Shown: positions 52,631 through 64,000 of the stretch, piece after piece
Layout of the letters: each line of letters starts with the position of its first letter
Numbering within the stretch: position 1 is the first letter of the stretch
Assembly: GCF_006345805.1 (NCBI RefSeq)
Contig: NC_042997.1
Coordinates: 192,634,001-192,698,000, forward strand
DNA: 64,000 nucleotides
Source: Octopus sinensis
Taxonomy: Eukaryota
Reading direction: 5' to 3'
Program-made: the position numbers and the translations under genes
Notes under the pieces: generated by a model
Databases searched by the model: none
The model's input: only the letters and a program-made list of their open reading frames with translations
What the model was told of the DNA's origin: nothing

Positions 52631-54415
52631 GTCTTGTGCATAAGATCGCAAGGCCAGCAGAATGATTAGCATGCCAGACAAAGAGCTTAGTGACCTTTCA
52701 TCAGTCTTTATGTCCTGAGTTCAAATAACCCCAAGGTCAACTTTGCTCTTCATCCTTTCTGGGTTGATGCAATCGACTAGCTCTTGACCCTAAAACTTCA
52801 GGCCTTGTGGTTATGATAGAAAGGATTATTAACCATGGCTGTTTTATTAACCACAGGTGTGGATGTGTGGTAAAGGCGGCGAGCTGGCAGAAATGTTAGC
52901 ATGCCGTACGAAATGCTTAGCGGTATTTCGTCTGCCGCTACGTTCTGAGTTCAAATTCTGCCGAGGTCGACTTTGCCTTTCATCCTTTCGGGGTCAATAA
53001 ATTAAGTACCAGTTACGCACTGGGGTCAATGTAATCGACTTAATCCGTTTGTCTGTCCTTGTTTGTCCCCTCTGTGTTTAGCCCCTTGTGGGTAGTAAAG
53101 AAATAGATATTTCGTCTGCCGCTACGTTCTGAGTTCAAATTCTGCCGAGGTCGACTTTGCCTTTCATCCTTTCGGGATCAATAAATTAAGTACCAGTTAC
53201 GCACTGGGGTCAATGTAATCGACTTAATCCGTTTGTCTGTCCTTGTTTGTCCCCTCTGTGTTTAGCCCCTTGTGGGTAGTAAAGAAATGGGTATTTCGTC
53301 TGCCGTTACGTTCTGAGTTCAAATTCCACCAAGGTCAACTTTGCCTTTCATCCTTTCAGAGGTCGATTAAATAAGTACCAATTATGCACTGGGGTCGATA
53401 TAATCCACTTGAACCATTTGTCTGTCCTTGTTTGTCCCCTCTGTGTGTGGCCCCTGGTGGGCAGTAAAAAAATTCGAAGCTTCTCTCCCAACCACATGGT
53501 TCCGGGTTCAGTCCCACTGCATGACACCTTGTCTGTGTTTGTCCCCCACCACCACCACCATTCCATGACAATTGATGTTGGTGTGTTTATGTCTCTGTAA
53601 CTTAGCGGTTCAGCATAAGAAATCGATAGAATAAGTACTGGGCTTACAAAGAATAAGTCCTGGGATCGATTTGTTCGACTAAAGTCGGTGCTCCAGCATG
53701 GCCGCAGTCAAATGACTGAAACAATAGAAGAAAAAGAAAGAATAAAATAAATGAATAAATAAATAAATAAAAGCAAGAAAAATCAAGGTGGATGGTCACA
53801 GTTGGAATGTCTTTGATTACAGTTCTACTCAGTCAGGGTCAGCCTGGAGATAAACAACATGTTTTTCAGAATTTGTGTTCAGTTCTTAACCTACCAAAGT
53901 CAGCTGAGACAATTGATACCTCTTCTTTGCACAGTTTCCCTATCTTCTGCACAAAAAGAAATAAGACTTTTCTTTCTTTCTTTCTTCCTTCGTTTGTTCA
54001 TTCCTTCCTGTTTTTCTTTCTTTCTTCCTTCCTTGCTTTCTTTTTCTTTCTTCTTTTCTTTTTATTTCTTTTAATTTCTTTCTTTCTCTTTGTTGTTTGT
54101 TTGCTTCTTTCTTTCGTTCTTCCTTCTTTTCTTTCTTTCTTCCTTTCTTTCTTCTTTTTTCCTTCCTCTCTTTTCTTTCTTTCTTTCTTTCTTTTTCTTT
54201 CTCTCTTTCTTTCTTTCTCTTTGTTGTGTTTGCTTTTTTCTTCCTTCCTTCCTTCCTTCCTTCCTTTCGTTCTTTCTTCCTGTCTTCCTTTCTTCTTCTT
54301 CCCTTCCTTTCTTTCTTCCTTCCAGTCTTTCTTTCTTCCTTCCTTCCTTCCTTTCTCTTTCTTTTTATTCTCTTTATTTCTGTCTTTCTTTCTCTTTGTT
54401 GTTTGTTTGTTTGCT

Positions 54416-54446
<31 letters not shown>

Positions 54447-54973
54447 ACCCCTACCCCCCCTCTCTTTCTTTCAAATTCCTCACTGAGGTCTGATTAAAGT
54501 TATTCTTGTTTTCATAACTGCTGTTATTGTTGTTGATGTTGATTTTGCTGTTGCTGCTACTACTGCTACTGCTGCTACCATTGTTGTTTGACTCATGTTT
54601 AAAGACACTCTACCTGGGACCATCCAGTCTTCTCAGGTACAGTTTACCTAAGATTCTTATAAAACTGAAACAAAGCATGATTTGAGAGAGAGATGGGACG
54701 GGGTGAGACAAGCTGCTATTTCTAGCAAATTGGGTGAGTACCTTGAGCAGGCATGGGCAATCTTTTCCAAGAAGTGGGCTGCATGAGACATGACTCATGA
54801 TCAGGCTGACTAAAATAGCTGAAGGTATTTTTTATTAGACATTCCATTCAGAAAGTCCTGCTGATCATAGGTTGCCCATGACTGATGTTGATCAGTGGTT
54901 CCCAACCAGGGTCCTCGTGACCCTTGAGGGGATCCACATTAAGATTTTTTTCTTAAAATTTCTGTACATTAAA

Positions 54974-55210
54974 TCTCTCTCTATATAAAGCTGGAGTTGT
55001 CTGTGTATGGCAGGTTTGGTAGCCTTCAACTAACACTATCTCCTCCGAGACCCTGAGGTGCAAGTTGACCAAAATTCAGAGTATGATAGAAGAAGACTTG
55101 CTCTTCCTTCCGTAGAAGAAAAAATTCAAATCGGACCATGTTAACACCAAAAATTATTTACATCAAAAAGGTGCTTTTTTTCTATGAAAATCCCTATTTT
55201 TTACGATTCT
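54974..55210 (+). mobile_element. Helitron 5' fragment (different family)
   Basis: a|TCTCTCTCTATATAAAgctggagttgtctgtg, similar to the 5' end of the other Helitrons. Confidence 0.45.
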
Positions 55211-55675
55211 ATGATTCTTTTATTCTTTTACTTGTTTCAGTCATTTCACTGTGGCCATGCTGGAGCACTGCCTTAAATGGTTTTTAGTCAAAGGAATCAA
55301 CCCCAGGCAGCAAGCTGGCAGAATTGTTAGCTGGGTGAACTGCTTAGCGGTATTTTGTCTGCTGCTATGTTCTAAGTTCAAATTCCGCCAAGGTCGACTT
55401 TGCCTTTCATCCTTTCTGGGTCAATAAATTAAGTGCCAGTTACGCACTGGAGTCGATCTAATTGACTTAATCCGTTTGTCTGTCCTTGTTTGTCCCCTCT
55501 ATGTGTAGCCCTTTGTGGGCAATAAAGAAATAGGAATCAACCCCAGGACTTATTCTTTGTAAGCCTAGTACTTATTCTATCGATCTCTTTTGCTGAACTG
55601 CTAGCTTACAGGGACGTAACATTGGTTGTCAAGCAATGGTGGGGGCAAACACAGACACATGCACAGACACACACA

Positions 55676-55713
<38 letters not shown>

Positions 55714-55719
55714 CACATA

Positions 55720-55930
55720 CATGATGGCCCAAAAGTAGGTTTACAGTTATCACGTAGGTACTTTAAATTTCTTTTAAAACATTTTACTACATTTAAATTT
55801 CTATCTTACAATTAACTAAATTAGCATAGAATAATGGTTTCATATTTTTTTATAATTAAGATCTAAACTGTTAATAAATGAATGCGAAAGAGATAGTTTA
55901 ATAACTGTAAACCTACTTTTGGACCATCCC
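55720..55930. mobile_element. Tc1/mariner-type MITE
   Basis: TIRs gatggcccaaaagtaggtttacagttat / ataactgtaaacctacttttggaccatc. Confidence 0.8.
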
Positions 55931-56439
55931 ATATATAGGATGTGTGTGTGTGTGTGTGTGTGTGTGCGTGCGTGCATGTGTATGTATGTGTGTGAGTGTT
56001 TATGAGTGTTTTTGAGTGTGTGTGTGTATGTATGTGTGAGTGTCTTTGAGTGTGTGTGTATGTATGTGTGAGTGTCTTTGAGTGTGTGTGTATGTATGTG
56101 TGAGTGTGTCTGTGAGTATGTGTTAGCGTTTGTGAGTGTGTGTGTGTGTTTGTGACAGTGATGACAATGATGATGATATGATGATGATGACGATGACAAT
56201 GACAATGACAACGATAAAGACAACGATGATGACAATGATTGTGTTACCTGAGGGGAGATTCAGCTGCCGTTTCTAGGTGGTCGAGTGACTACATACAGAC
56301 CCTTCTTTGTTAGCTCATTTGAAAGTGGAGACAGAGGTGTCAAAGCATAGAAATGCAGGTCACACATTCACTTCACAGGGAAAGAAAACATGACTGTTTA
56401 ACTGTGGGTCAGCCTGGACTGAGCAAATTATTATTATTA

Positions 56440-56520
<81 letters not shown>

Positions 56521-57068
56521 AATTATTGTATACAGTGTTCAGGTGCACCACATGATCAAAGACATTCCAATTGCAACACGGTTTGTTTATTTTTCTTTTT
56601 TTCTTTTTAGAAAAAATGGGAAAACAGTAGAATGTGAACTAAGTTCAAATTCCACCAAGGTCAATTTTGCCCGTTCTATAGAAATCGGTGGATTTTCCTA
56701 TGAATAAACATCAGTGGAGTTGAGTAATGGCTTGCTTACATAAACAACTGATTGTCTACTTAAGCCATCATGACAATACTTGTACATACTTGAGTAGAAA
56801 CATTATGATTTTAATAATTCAATCTGAGAACCTTTGAGAAATATTGAAATTTAATGTAAAGTATTTGGAAGGTCTCTACGGTAATAAATATAATCTCATT
56901 TATACAACTTAAAGCTTTCTTATGGCTGTGCTAAGAAGGTTGGTTCCCATCCACATAGTTCAGTCCCACTGCGTGGCACTTCGGGCAAGGGTCTTCTTTT
57001 ATAGCCTCAGGCCAATTAAAGCCTTGTGAGTAGATTTGGCAGATGGAAACTGAAAGAAGCCCGTCGTG

Positions 57069-57106
<38 letters not shown>

Positions 57107-57524
57107 TGTGTGAGTGTGTGTGTGTGTGTATGCATGTGTGCATGTGTGTGTATATGCATGTGCACGTGTGTGTGTATGTGTGTGTGAGTGTAAGTGTTTG
57201 TGAGTATGTGTGAGCGTTTGCGAGTGTATGTGTGTGTGTGTGCATGTGTGTGTGAGTGTTTGTGAGTGTCTGTGAGTGTTTGCGAGTGTGTGCATGCACG
57301 CATGTGTGTGTGTAAGAGAGAATGTGTGAGAATGCATGTGTGTGAGTGTGTGGGGGGTGAGTGCATGCGTGTTTGTGTCTGAGTGTGTGAGTGCATGTGT
57401 GTACAAATGTGTATGAGTGTGAGCGTGTGTGTGAGTGCATGTGTGTGTATGTGTGTGAGTGCATGTGTATGTATGAGTGTGAGTGCGCATGTGTATGAAT
57501 GTGTATCTATGCGTGTGTATTGTG

Positions 57525-57555
<31 letters not shown>

Positions 57556-58750
57556 TGTGTGTGTGTGTGTTTGTCTTTGTGTCTGTATTTGTCCCCCACC
57601 ACCGCTTCACAGTGAGTGTTGGTGTATTTACATCCCCATAATCTAGCAGTTCAGCAAAAGAAACCGATAAAATAAGTACCAGGCTTAAAAAACCCAAAAA
57701 AATTCTGGGGATCAATATATTCAACTAAAATATCCTCAAAGCAATGCCCCAGCATGGCCGCAGACTGACGACTGGAGCAAGTGAAGAACAGCCGATAGTA
57801 GGGTGAAAGTTCAGAGTAGGCTTCAGCCAGGGTCACATCGACTAAACAAGAGAGGGACAGTAAATACTGGGTGAGAGGAAATATTTAATTTTGGTGACAG
57901 GATTGTGTGAAGACACTTTTTTTACAAAGTGACAGCAGCAGCCAGGGGACTGTGACTACAAACTGCACAACAGAGAAGAGCGCAGGATGTAGGAGTCAGT
58001 CACTCTGTTGTGTTACATCATCAACCTTAGGATGTTCACAGTGCGATGAAGTAATTTCAGAGAAGAGAGGGAAAGAGAGAGACAGAGAGAGAGAGAGAGA
58101 GGGGAGGGGGGGACTATGTTGATAATGATGATACTGTCAGGAACATCTTTCAGAAAGACTCGTCATCGTCATCATCATTGTCATCAGCATCGTTGATGTC
58201 GTCATTGTCATCATTGTCATCATCATCATTATCATCACACTATCTCTCTCTCTCTCACACACACACACTTTCCCTCTCTCTCTCTCTCTCTCACACACAC
58301 GCACACACACTTTCCCTCTCTCTCTCTCTCTCACACACACACACTTACCCTCTCCCTCTCTCATACACACACATGCACTTTCCATCTCTCTTTATCTCTC
58401 TCTCCTCTCTCTCTCTCCTTCACTCACTCACTTGTGCACCCACCCACAAAACAGACATATGTGCATGGGTTTTAAGCAAAAGTGAACTTAATTTTTGTTT
58501 GCAAAGAAGTATATATTTTCATTTGCGTGCATGCACACACACACACACACACACACACTTAAACATATGTGTGTCATTATTCAGTTTATTTCAAGATTTC
58601 TTGCTAATAGAGAAAGAACTGGTTTCTAATCTAGATCCAAGGCTCCTTCCTCGGAACTTCAACATCAACAACAAGGTATTTTTGCTTGTATGTATGTATG
58701 TATGTATGTATGTATGTATGTATGTATGTATGTATGTATGTATGTATGTA

Positions 58751-58783
<33 letters not shown>

Positions 58784-58809
58784 ATGTATGTAGTTATGTA
58801 TGTATGTAG

Positions 58810-59400
58810 TTATGTATGTATGTATGTGCAGATTTGGAAATGACATACTGCATTGCTTAGCATTCACACCAGAAGCTCCAATACAAACATTTCAGAGTGT
58901 TTGGGTGTCAATCTGAGGACAGTGCAATCTGTTGACATGTATCAAGAGTGATGAAAATCTGCTGGAAAACCCTCTGTCTGGCAATAGGACTCTGTACCAT
59001 GGCACACGGGAAATTCCAGTCATGGCCGTCAGACAATTTCTGCAACCACATCACTCCTAACATCTGGCCACCTAACTCCCCAAACTACAAAGCCATGATT
59101 ATTATGTGTGGAGTGCAGTTGAGCGAGAGACCAACAAAACTCCTTGTAATACCAAAGATGAACTGAAGGCAAGGATTATGGCAGCATTCACCAACTTAAA
59201 CAAGGAGACCATCCAGAAGTGTTGCAGGAAATTCTGAAGTCATCTGGAGGCCATGGTTGAAGCCAATGGTGGTTTTATTGAATAAATTTACTCTTAGTAT
59301 TTCAAATTATTTTCATATAATTTTGGCAAATACATCTGTTAAAATGAGATGTCAGTGTTATTTTCATTTTTGCATAATTTAGACGACCATTTATTCACTG
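58810..59400 (+). mobile_element. Decayed Tc1/mariner transposase (maT/DD37D-like)
   Basis: NFCNHITPNIWPPNSP...DYYVWSAVERETNKTPCNTKDELKARIMAAFTNLNKETIQKCCRKF*SHLEAMVEANGGFIE*, with a frameshift after SP. Confidence 0.8.
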
Positions 59401-60141
59401 CTGCTGAAATCTACAAGTTTTTTCATCCTTTCTCTGTTTATTTTCTCGTATTCTACACTCTTGTAGTGGTTGGCATTAGGAAGGGCATCCAGCTGTAGAA
59501 GCTCTGCCAGATCAGATTGGAGCCTGCTGTTGCCATCTGGTTTGCCAGCCCTCAGTCAAATCGTCCAACCTATGCTAGCATGGAAAGCGGACATTAAATG
59601 ATGATGATGATGATGATGATTCCTTTGTGTTGAAGGCCAGGAACTACACTTTTGTAAACAAGACATTTTTACTATAGAGCCAGAGATGGTTTCATTCTCT
59701 CTCTCTCTCTGTTTATTTTCTTATATTCCTTTCTGTTGAAAGCCAGGAGCTGCACTTGGTTCCATCATCTGTTTTGGCATGATTTCTATATTTGGATGCC
59801 TTTCCTAATGCCAAACCACTTTACAGAGTGTACTGGGTGCTTTTTACATAGTACCATCACCAGTGTGAATGTATGTATGTATTTATTGGCTTGGTTGTGT
59901 AGTTAAGAAATTCACTATACAACCTTCACAAAAGCTTAGATATTTACTTCATGTAGTGCAGGAGTGGCTGTGTGGTAATTAGCTTCCTTACCAACCACAT
60001 GGTTCTGGGTTCATTCCTACTGCGTGGCACCTTGGGTGATGTCTTCTACTATAGCCTCGGCCAACCAAAGCCTTGTGAGTGGATTTGGTAGATGGAGACT
60101 GAAAGAAGCCCATTGTAATATGTATATATATATATATATAG

Positions 60142-60173
<32 letters not shown>

Positions 60174-60435
60174 TATATCTATATATATATATATTATATA
60201 TATATATATATATTAGGTATATATATATGTCTATATATATATGTATATAGTATATATAGTATATATATATGGTATATATATATATATATGTATAATATAT
60301 GTATATATATTATATCTTCGGATTCTTTTTTAATATTATAAATATTTAATCTTCGGATTCTTTTTTTAATATGCTAGACCACTGGTTTTAATTGATAATA
60401 TTGATTTCTATTCTTATTTAATTATCTATCATATA

Positions 60436-60466
<31 letters not shown>

Positions 60467-61314
60467 ATATAGATATAGTATGTTATGTATGTATGTATGT
60501 ATGTGTTTGTAAATATGTTTGTGTGTCTGTGTTTGTCCCCCAACATCACTTGACAACCGATGCTGGTGTGTTTATGTCCCCGTTACTTAGTGGTTTGGCA
60601 AAGAGACCAATAGAATAAGTACTAGGCTTCCAAAGAATAAGTCCTGCGGTCGATTTGCTCGACTAAAGGTGGTGCTCCAGCATGGCTGCAGTCAAATGAC
60701 TGAAACAAGTAAAAGAGTAAAAGAGTATGCTAAAGAAATATCCTGATTTATATCAATAAGTTTCTCCTTCAATTAATACTCATTCATAGTTAGAGCATCA
60801 TAGTTAGAGCATCTACATTTATTGACCTTTAGAGCTGCATTTTGTGTGTTTAATATGGCACTGGTTGGTGATTTCTTTAAAGATTTTAATTGCATTTTAC
60901 TTTTAATTATTCTTGTGTTTCAAGTACTCTTTTAATTCTCAAGTCCTTCTTCAGAAATAATATATTCCAATGAATGATATATGCTTTTGAATTCCTTGGA
61001 TATGTACTGAAACACAAAACAAAGCATTGAAATTATCTGAAGTATCTTTTGTCCTTCCCAATTCCTGAATATCTGTCACATATGCTTGCTCTTCATTTAA
61101 TTTTCAATCAATGTTGCCAAGTACTGTCTTTCAAGTAATAATCTCTTTAATTCTTGCAGTCATTTATCCGGAGATTTAAAAATAGATACAACTGTGCAGA
61201 TGTTTCTTGCCAAATTAAATGGTATTTTTGATATATTTTCTTGTATATTTTGAATGGCAAGAAAGGAATAAATATTGCTTTGAGTATTTAAAATTTTTAA
61301 AAGATGTCACAGAA

Positions 61315-61600
61315 CAATGGTTATATGTGAATGTACTGACTCTCTCATCAACCATCCAAGAGCAGAGATTGAGGTATGCTGACCACTGCTGGGGAAGTAA
61401 AGAAGAACTTGTGAGTAATGTGCTGCTGTGGACACCAAATCATGGTACCACAGCAGCAGGAAGACCATGGAAGACGTATATACAACAGCTTGCAGAAGGT
61501 GTTGGTTGCCATGTTGAAGACCTAAAAATACTAATGGAAGATTGGGTGGGATGGAGAGAGGTAGTCAGGCTGGTCCAGACAATCAGCCTGACTGGATGAT
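61315..61600 (+). mobile_element. RTE/RTE-X LINE ORF2 C-terminus
   Basis: LSSTIQEQRLRYADHCWGSKEELVSNVLLWTPNHG...GRPWKTYIQQL...MEDWVGWREVV matches the RTE-group R(R)LRFAGH...GRP...DR..W tail. Confidence 0.85.
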
Positions 61601-62457
61601 GCCTTGTTAGATGTCACTTTTGACCTTTGTCTTTTACTTGTTTCAGTCATTGGACTGTGGCCACGTTAGGGCACCAACTTGAAAATTTTCTCTATCAGAA
61701 TTCTACAGCCTCTTACCTGTATTCATATGGAATCACAATTTAAAGATTCACTACATGAAATGAAATTATAATAGTACCTATCTTTTACCTTTTGCTTGTT
61801 TCAGTCACTGGACTGCGGCCATGCTGGGGCACTACCTTGAAGAATTTTTAGTTCAATGAATCAACCCCGGAACTTATTTCTGCTTTAAAGCCAGGTACTT
61901 ATTTTATTGTCTCTTTGCTGAACTGCTAAGTTTCGGGCATGTAAATACACACGACACAGTTGTCTAGCAGTGGTGGGGGACAACACAACACAAAGATACA
62001 AATGCATATATAAATGAAAACGTCGCCCTTTTCAAGCCTACCCAGCTCATGTGCCCGGTTTTCCTGGTTTCTGTGGCGTATGTGTTCCCCCAGCTGGACG
62101 GGACGCCCGTCATCGTCGCAGCTTTACTTAAGAAACAGGAAGAGAGACAGTTTGTGGCAAAAGAGTACAACAGGATCGCCACCACCCCCTGCTGCCCCGG
62201 TGCTGGAGCTTCATTGAGCTTTTAGGTGTTTTTCGCTCAATAAACACACACACGGGGCCTGGTGGGCCTGGGAATTGAAATCTCGATCCTCCTACCGCGA
62301 GTCCGCTGCCCTAAACCACTGGGCCATTTCGCCTTACTATATATATATATATATATATAATATATATACAGTAGCACTCACGACACACACACACATATAT
62401 ATATAGATAATCCAACCCTGTCATCATGAAGGCGGATGTTAACAATGATTATGATGA

Positions 62458-62557
62458 NNNNNNNNNNNNNNNNNNNNNNNNNNNNNNNNNNNNNNNNNNN
62501 NNNNNNNNNNNNNNNNNNNNNNNNNNNNNNNNNNNNNNNNNNNNNNNNNNNNNNNNN
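62458..62557. other. Assembly gap (100 N)
   Basis: Run of exactly 100 N. Confidence 1.
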
Positions 62558-64000
62558 GTTACTGTATTGTAAATATGTTTTCTTGCTGTGCCATCATACC
62601 ACCTGCCAGTTACTCAATAAGAATCTCATTTGCATCTTGCTTACATTTACTTTGTTTATTTTTTTTCACGTGTCTACATAACATCAAATGAATGATGGCA
62701 ACTTATAGGTTAAATGCATTGAGTCAGCTTTCAATACAATTATTGATTCCGAGTCTTGACAAAAGGCCAGCAACTTGTGTGGGAAGAGTAAGCTGATTGT
62801 ATCAACCCCAGTGCTCAACTGGTACTTATTTTATTAACCCTGAAAGGACGAAAGGCATAGGAAACCTCAGCAGAATTTGAACTCAGAAGGCGGCGAGCTG
62901 GCAGAAACGTTCGTACATCGGGCGAAATGCTTAGCCGCTACGTTCTGAGTTCAAATTCCACCGAGGTCGACTTTGCCTTTCATCCTTTCGGGGTCGATTA
63001 AATAAGTACCAGTTACGCACTGGGGTCGATATAATCGACTTAATCCGTTTGTCTGTCCTTGTTTGTCCCCTCTGTGTTTAGCCCCTTGTGGGCAATAAAG
63101 AAATAAGAACTTGAACCCAGCACATAAAGACAGACAAAATGTTGCAAAGCATTTTGCCCAGTGAGCTAACAATTCTACCAGCTTGCTGCCTTATTTCAGT
63201 ACTGTTATAAGCATTCTTTTATTCTTAAATTTTTCAGCCATGCAGTTGTGGTCATGCTGGAGCACCACCAAGAAGTTATTTTGCAAACCACTTCACTACT
63301 AGCTTTATCGTCTTTCTAAATACTCCTTATTTCTTTATTGCCCGCAAGGGACTAAACATAGAGGGGACAAACAAGGACAGACAAAGGGATTAAGTCAATT
63401 ACATCAACCCCAGTGCATAACTGGTACTTAATTTATCGATGGAAGTTGAACTCAGAAAGTAAAGGACAAGATACCTATTTCTTTACTACCCACAAGGGGC
63501 TAAACACAGAGGGAACAAACAAGGACAGACAAACGGATTAAGTCGATTACATTGACCCCAGTGCGTAACTGGTACTTAATTTATCGACCCCAAAAGGATG
63601 AAAGACAAAGTCGACCTCGGTGGAATTTGAACTCAGAACGTAACGGCAGACGAAATACCGCTAAGCACTTTGCCCGACATGCTAACGTTTCTGCCAGCTC
63701 GCCACCTTTTTCTAACTACTCCTACTCACCCTTTTATACTGGAAAATAGTCATGTATGTCCACTACAGCAAGACACCTGTACTTGTCCCTCAATCATACT
63801 TCAGCCTTTCAGTACCTGGAATAAGGCCATCTCCCCATTTCAAATATTCCCCCACCAACACTTAGTTGTGAGGGTTTTTTTTTTCCTTTTCCCTCTGTTC
63901 TTTTTCTGTCTTGCTTCTTATTTGGCAACCACACTAGTGCTGATGGCATAAGAATATAGCACCCGGTACGCACGGTAAAGTGGTGGGCATCAGGAAGGGC

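Overview
Eukaryotic, AT-rich and repeat-saturated DNA with no intact protein-coding gene that I can support. The SINE repertoire and the dense (TA)n/(CA)n/(TACA)n/(TAGA)n microsatellites closely resemble Octopus (coleoid cephalopod) DNA; this taxon call is by pattern recognition only. Nearly all ORFs in the supplied track are microsatellite translations. Recognisable content: four tRNA/RTE-related SINE families, one forming head-to-tail 184-nt multimers; 5'-truncated R4/Dong-type (RLE) LINEs sitting inside (TACA)n arrays; RTE, RTE-X and CR1 LINE relics; Penelope-like (PLE) relics; non-autonomous Helitrons; Tc1/mariner, pogo, hAT and piggyBac-type MITEs; a young solo LTR with a 4-bp TSD; a U6 snRNA pseudogene in a fold-back; a tRNA-Arg(ACG) pseudogene; and a 100-N gap. 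The most notable hidden signal is a set of about 10 type I hammerhead-ribozyme motifs folded by hand, with palindromic stem III, mostly in inverted PLE-like repeats. They include an intact-core copy with a very long stem II and a G3-C8 covariant. Other signals are an apparent switch from CpG-retaining to CpG-decayed DNA near 37 kb and a candidate minus-strand promoter/first exon at about 4.0-4.7 kb. Repeat boundaries are approximate unless TIRs/TSDs are quoted.
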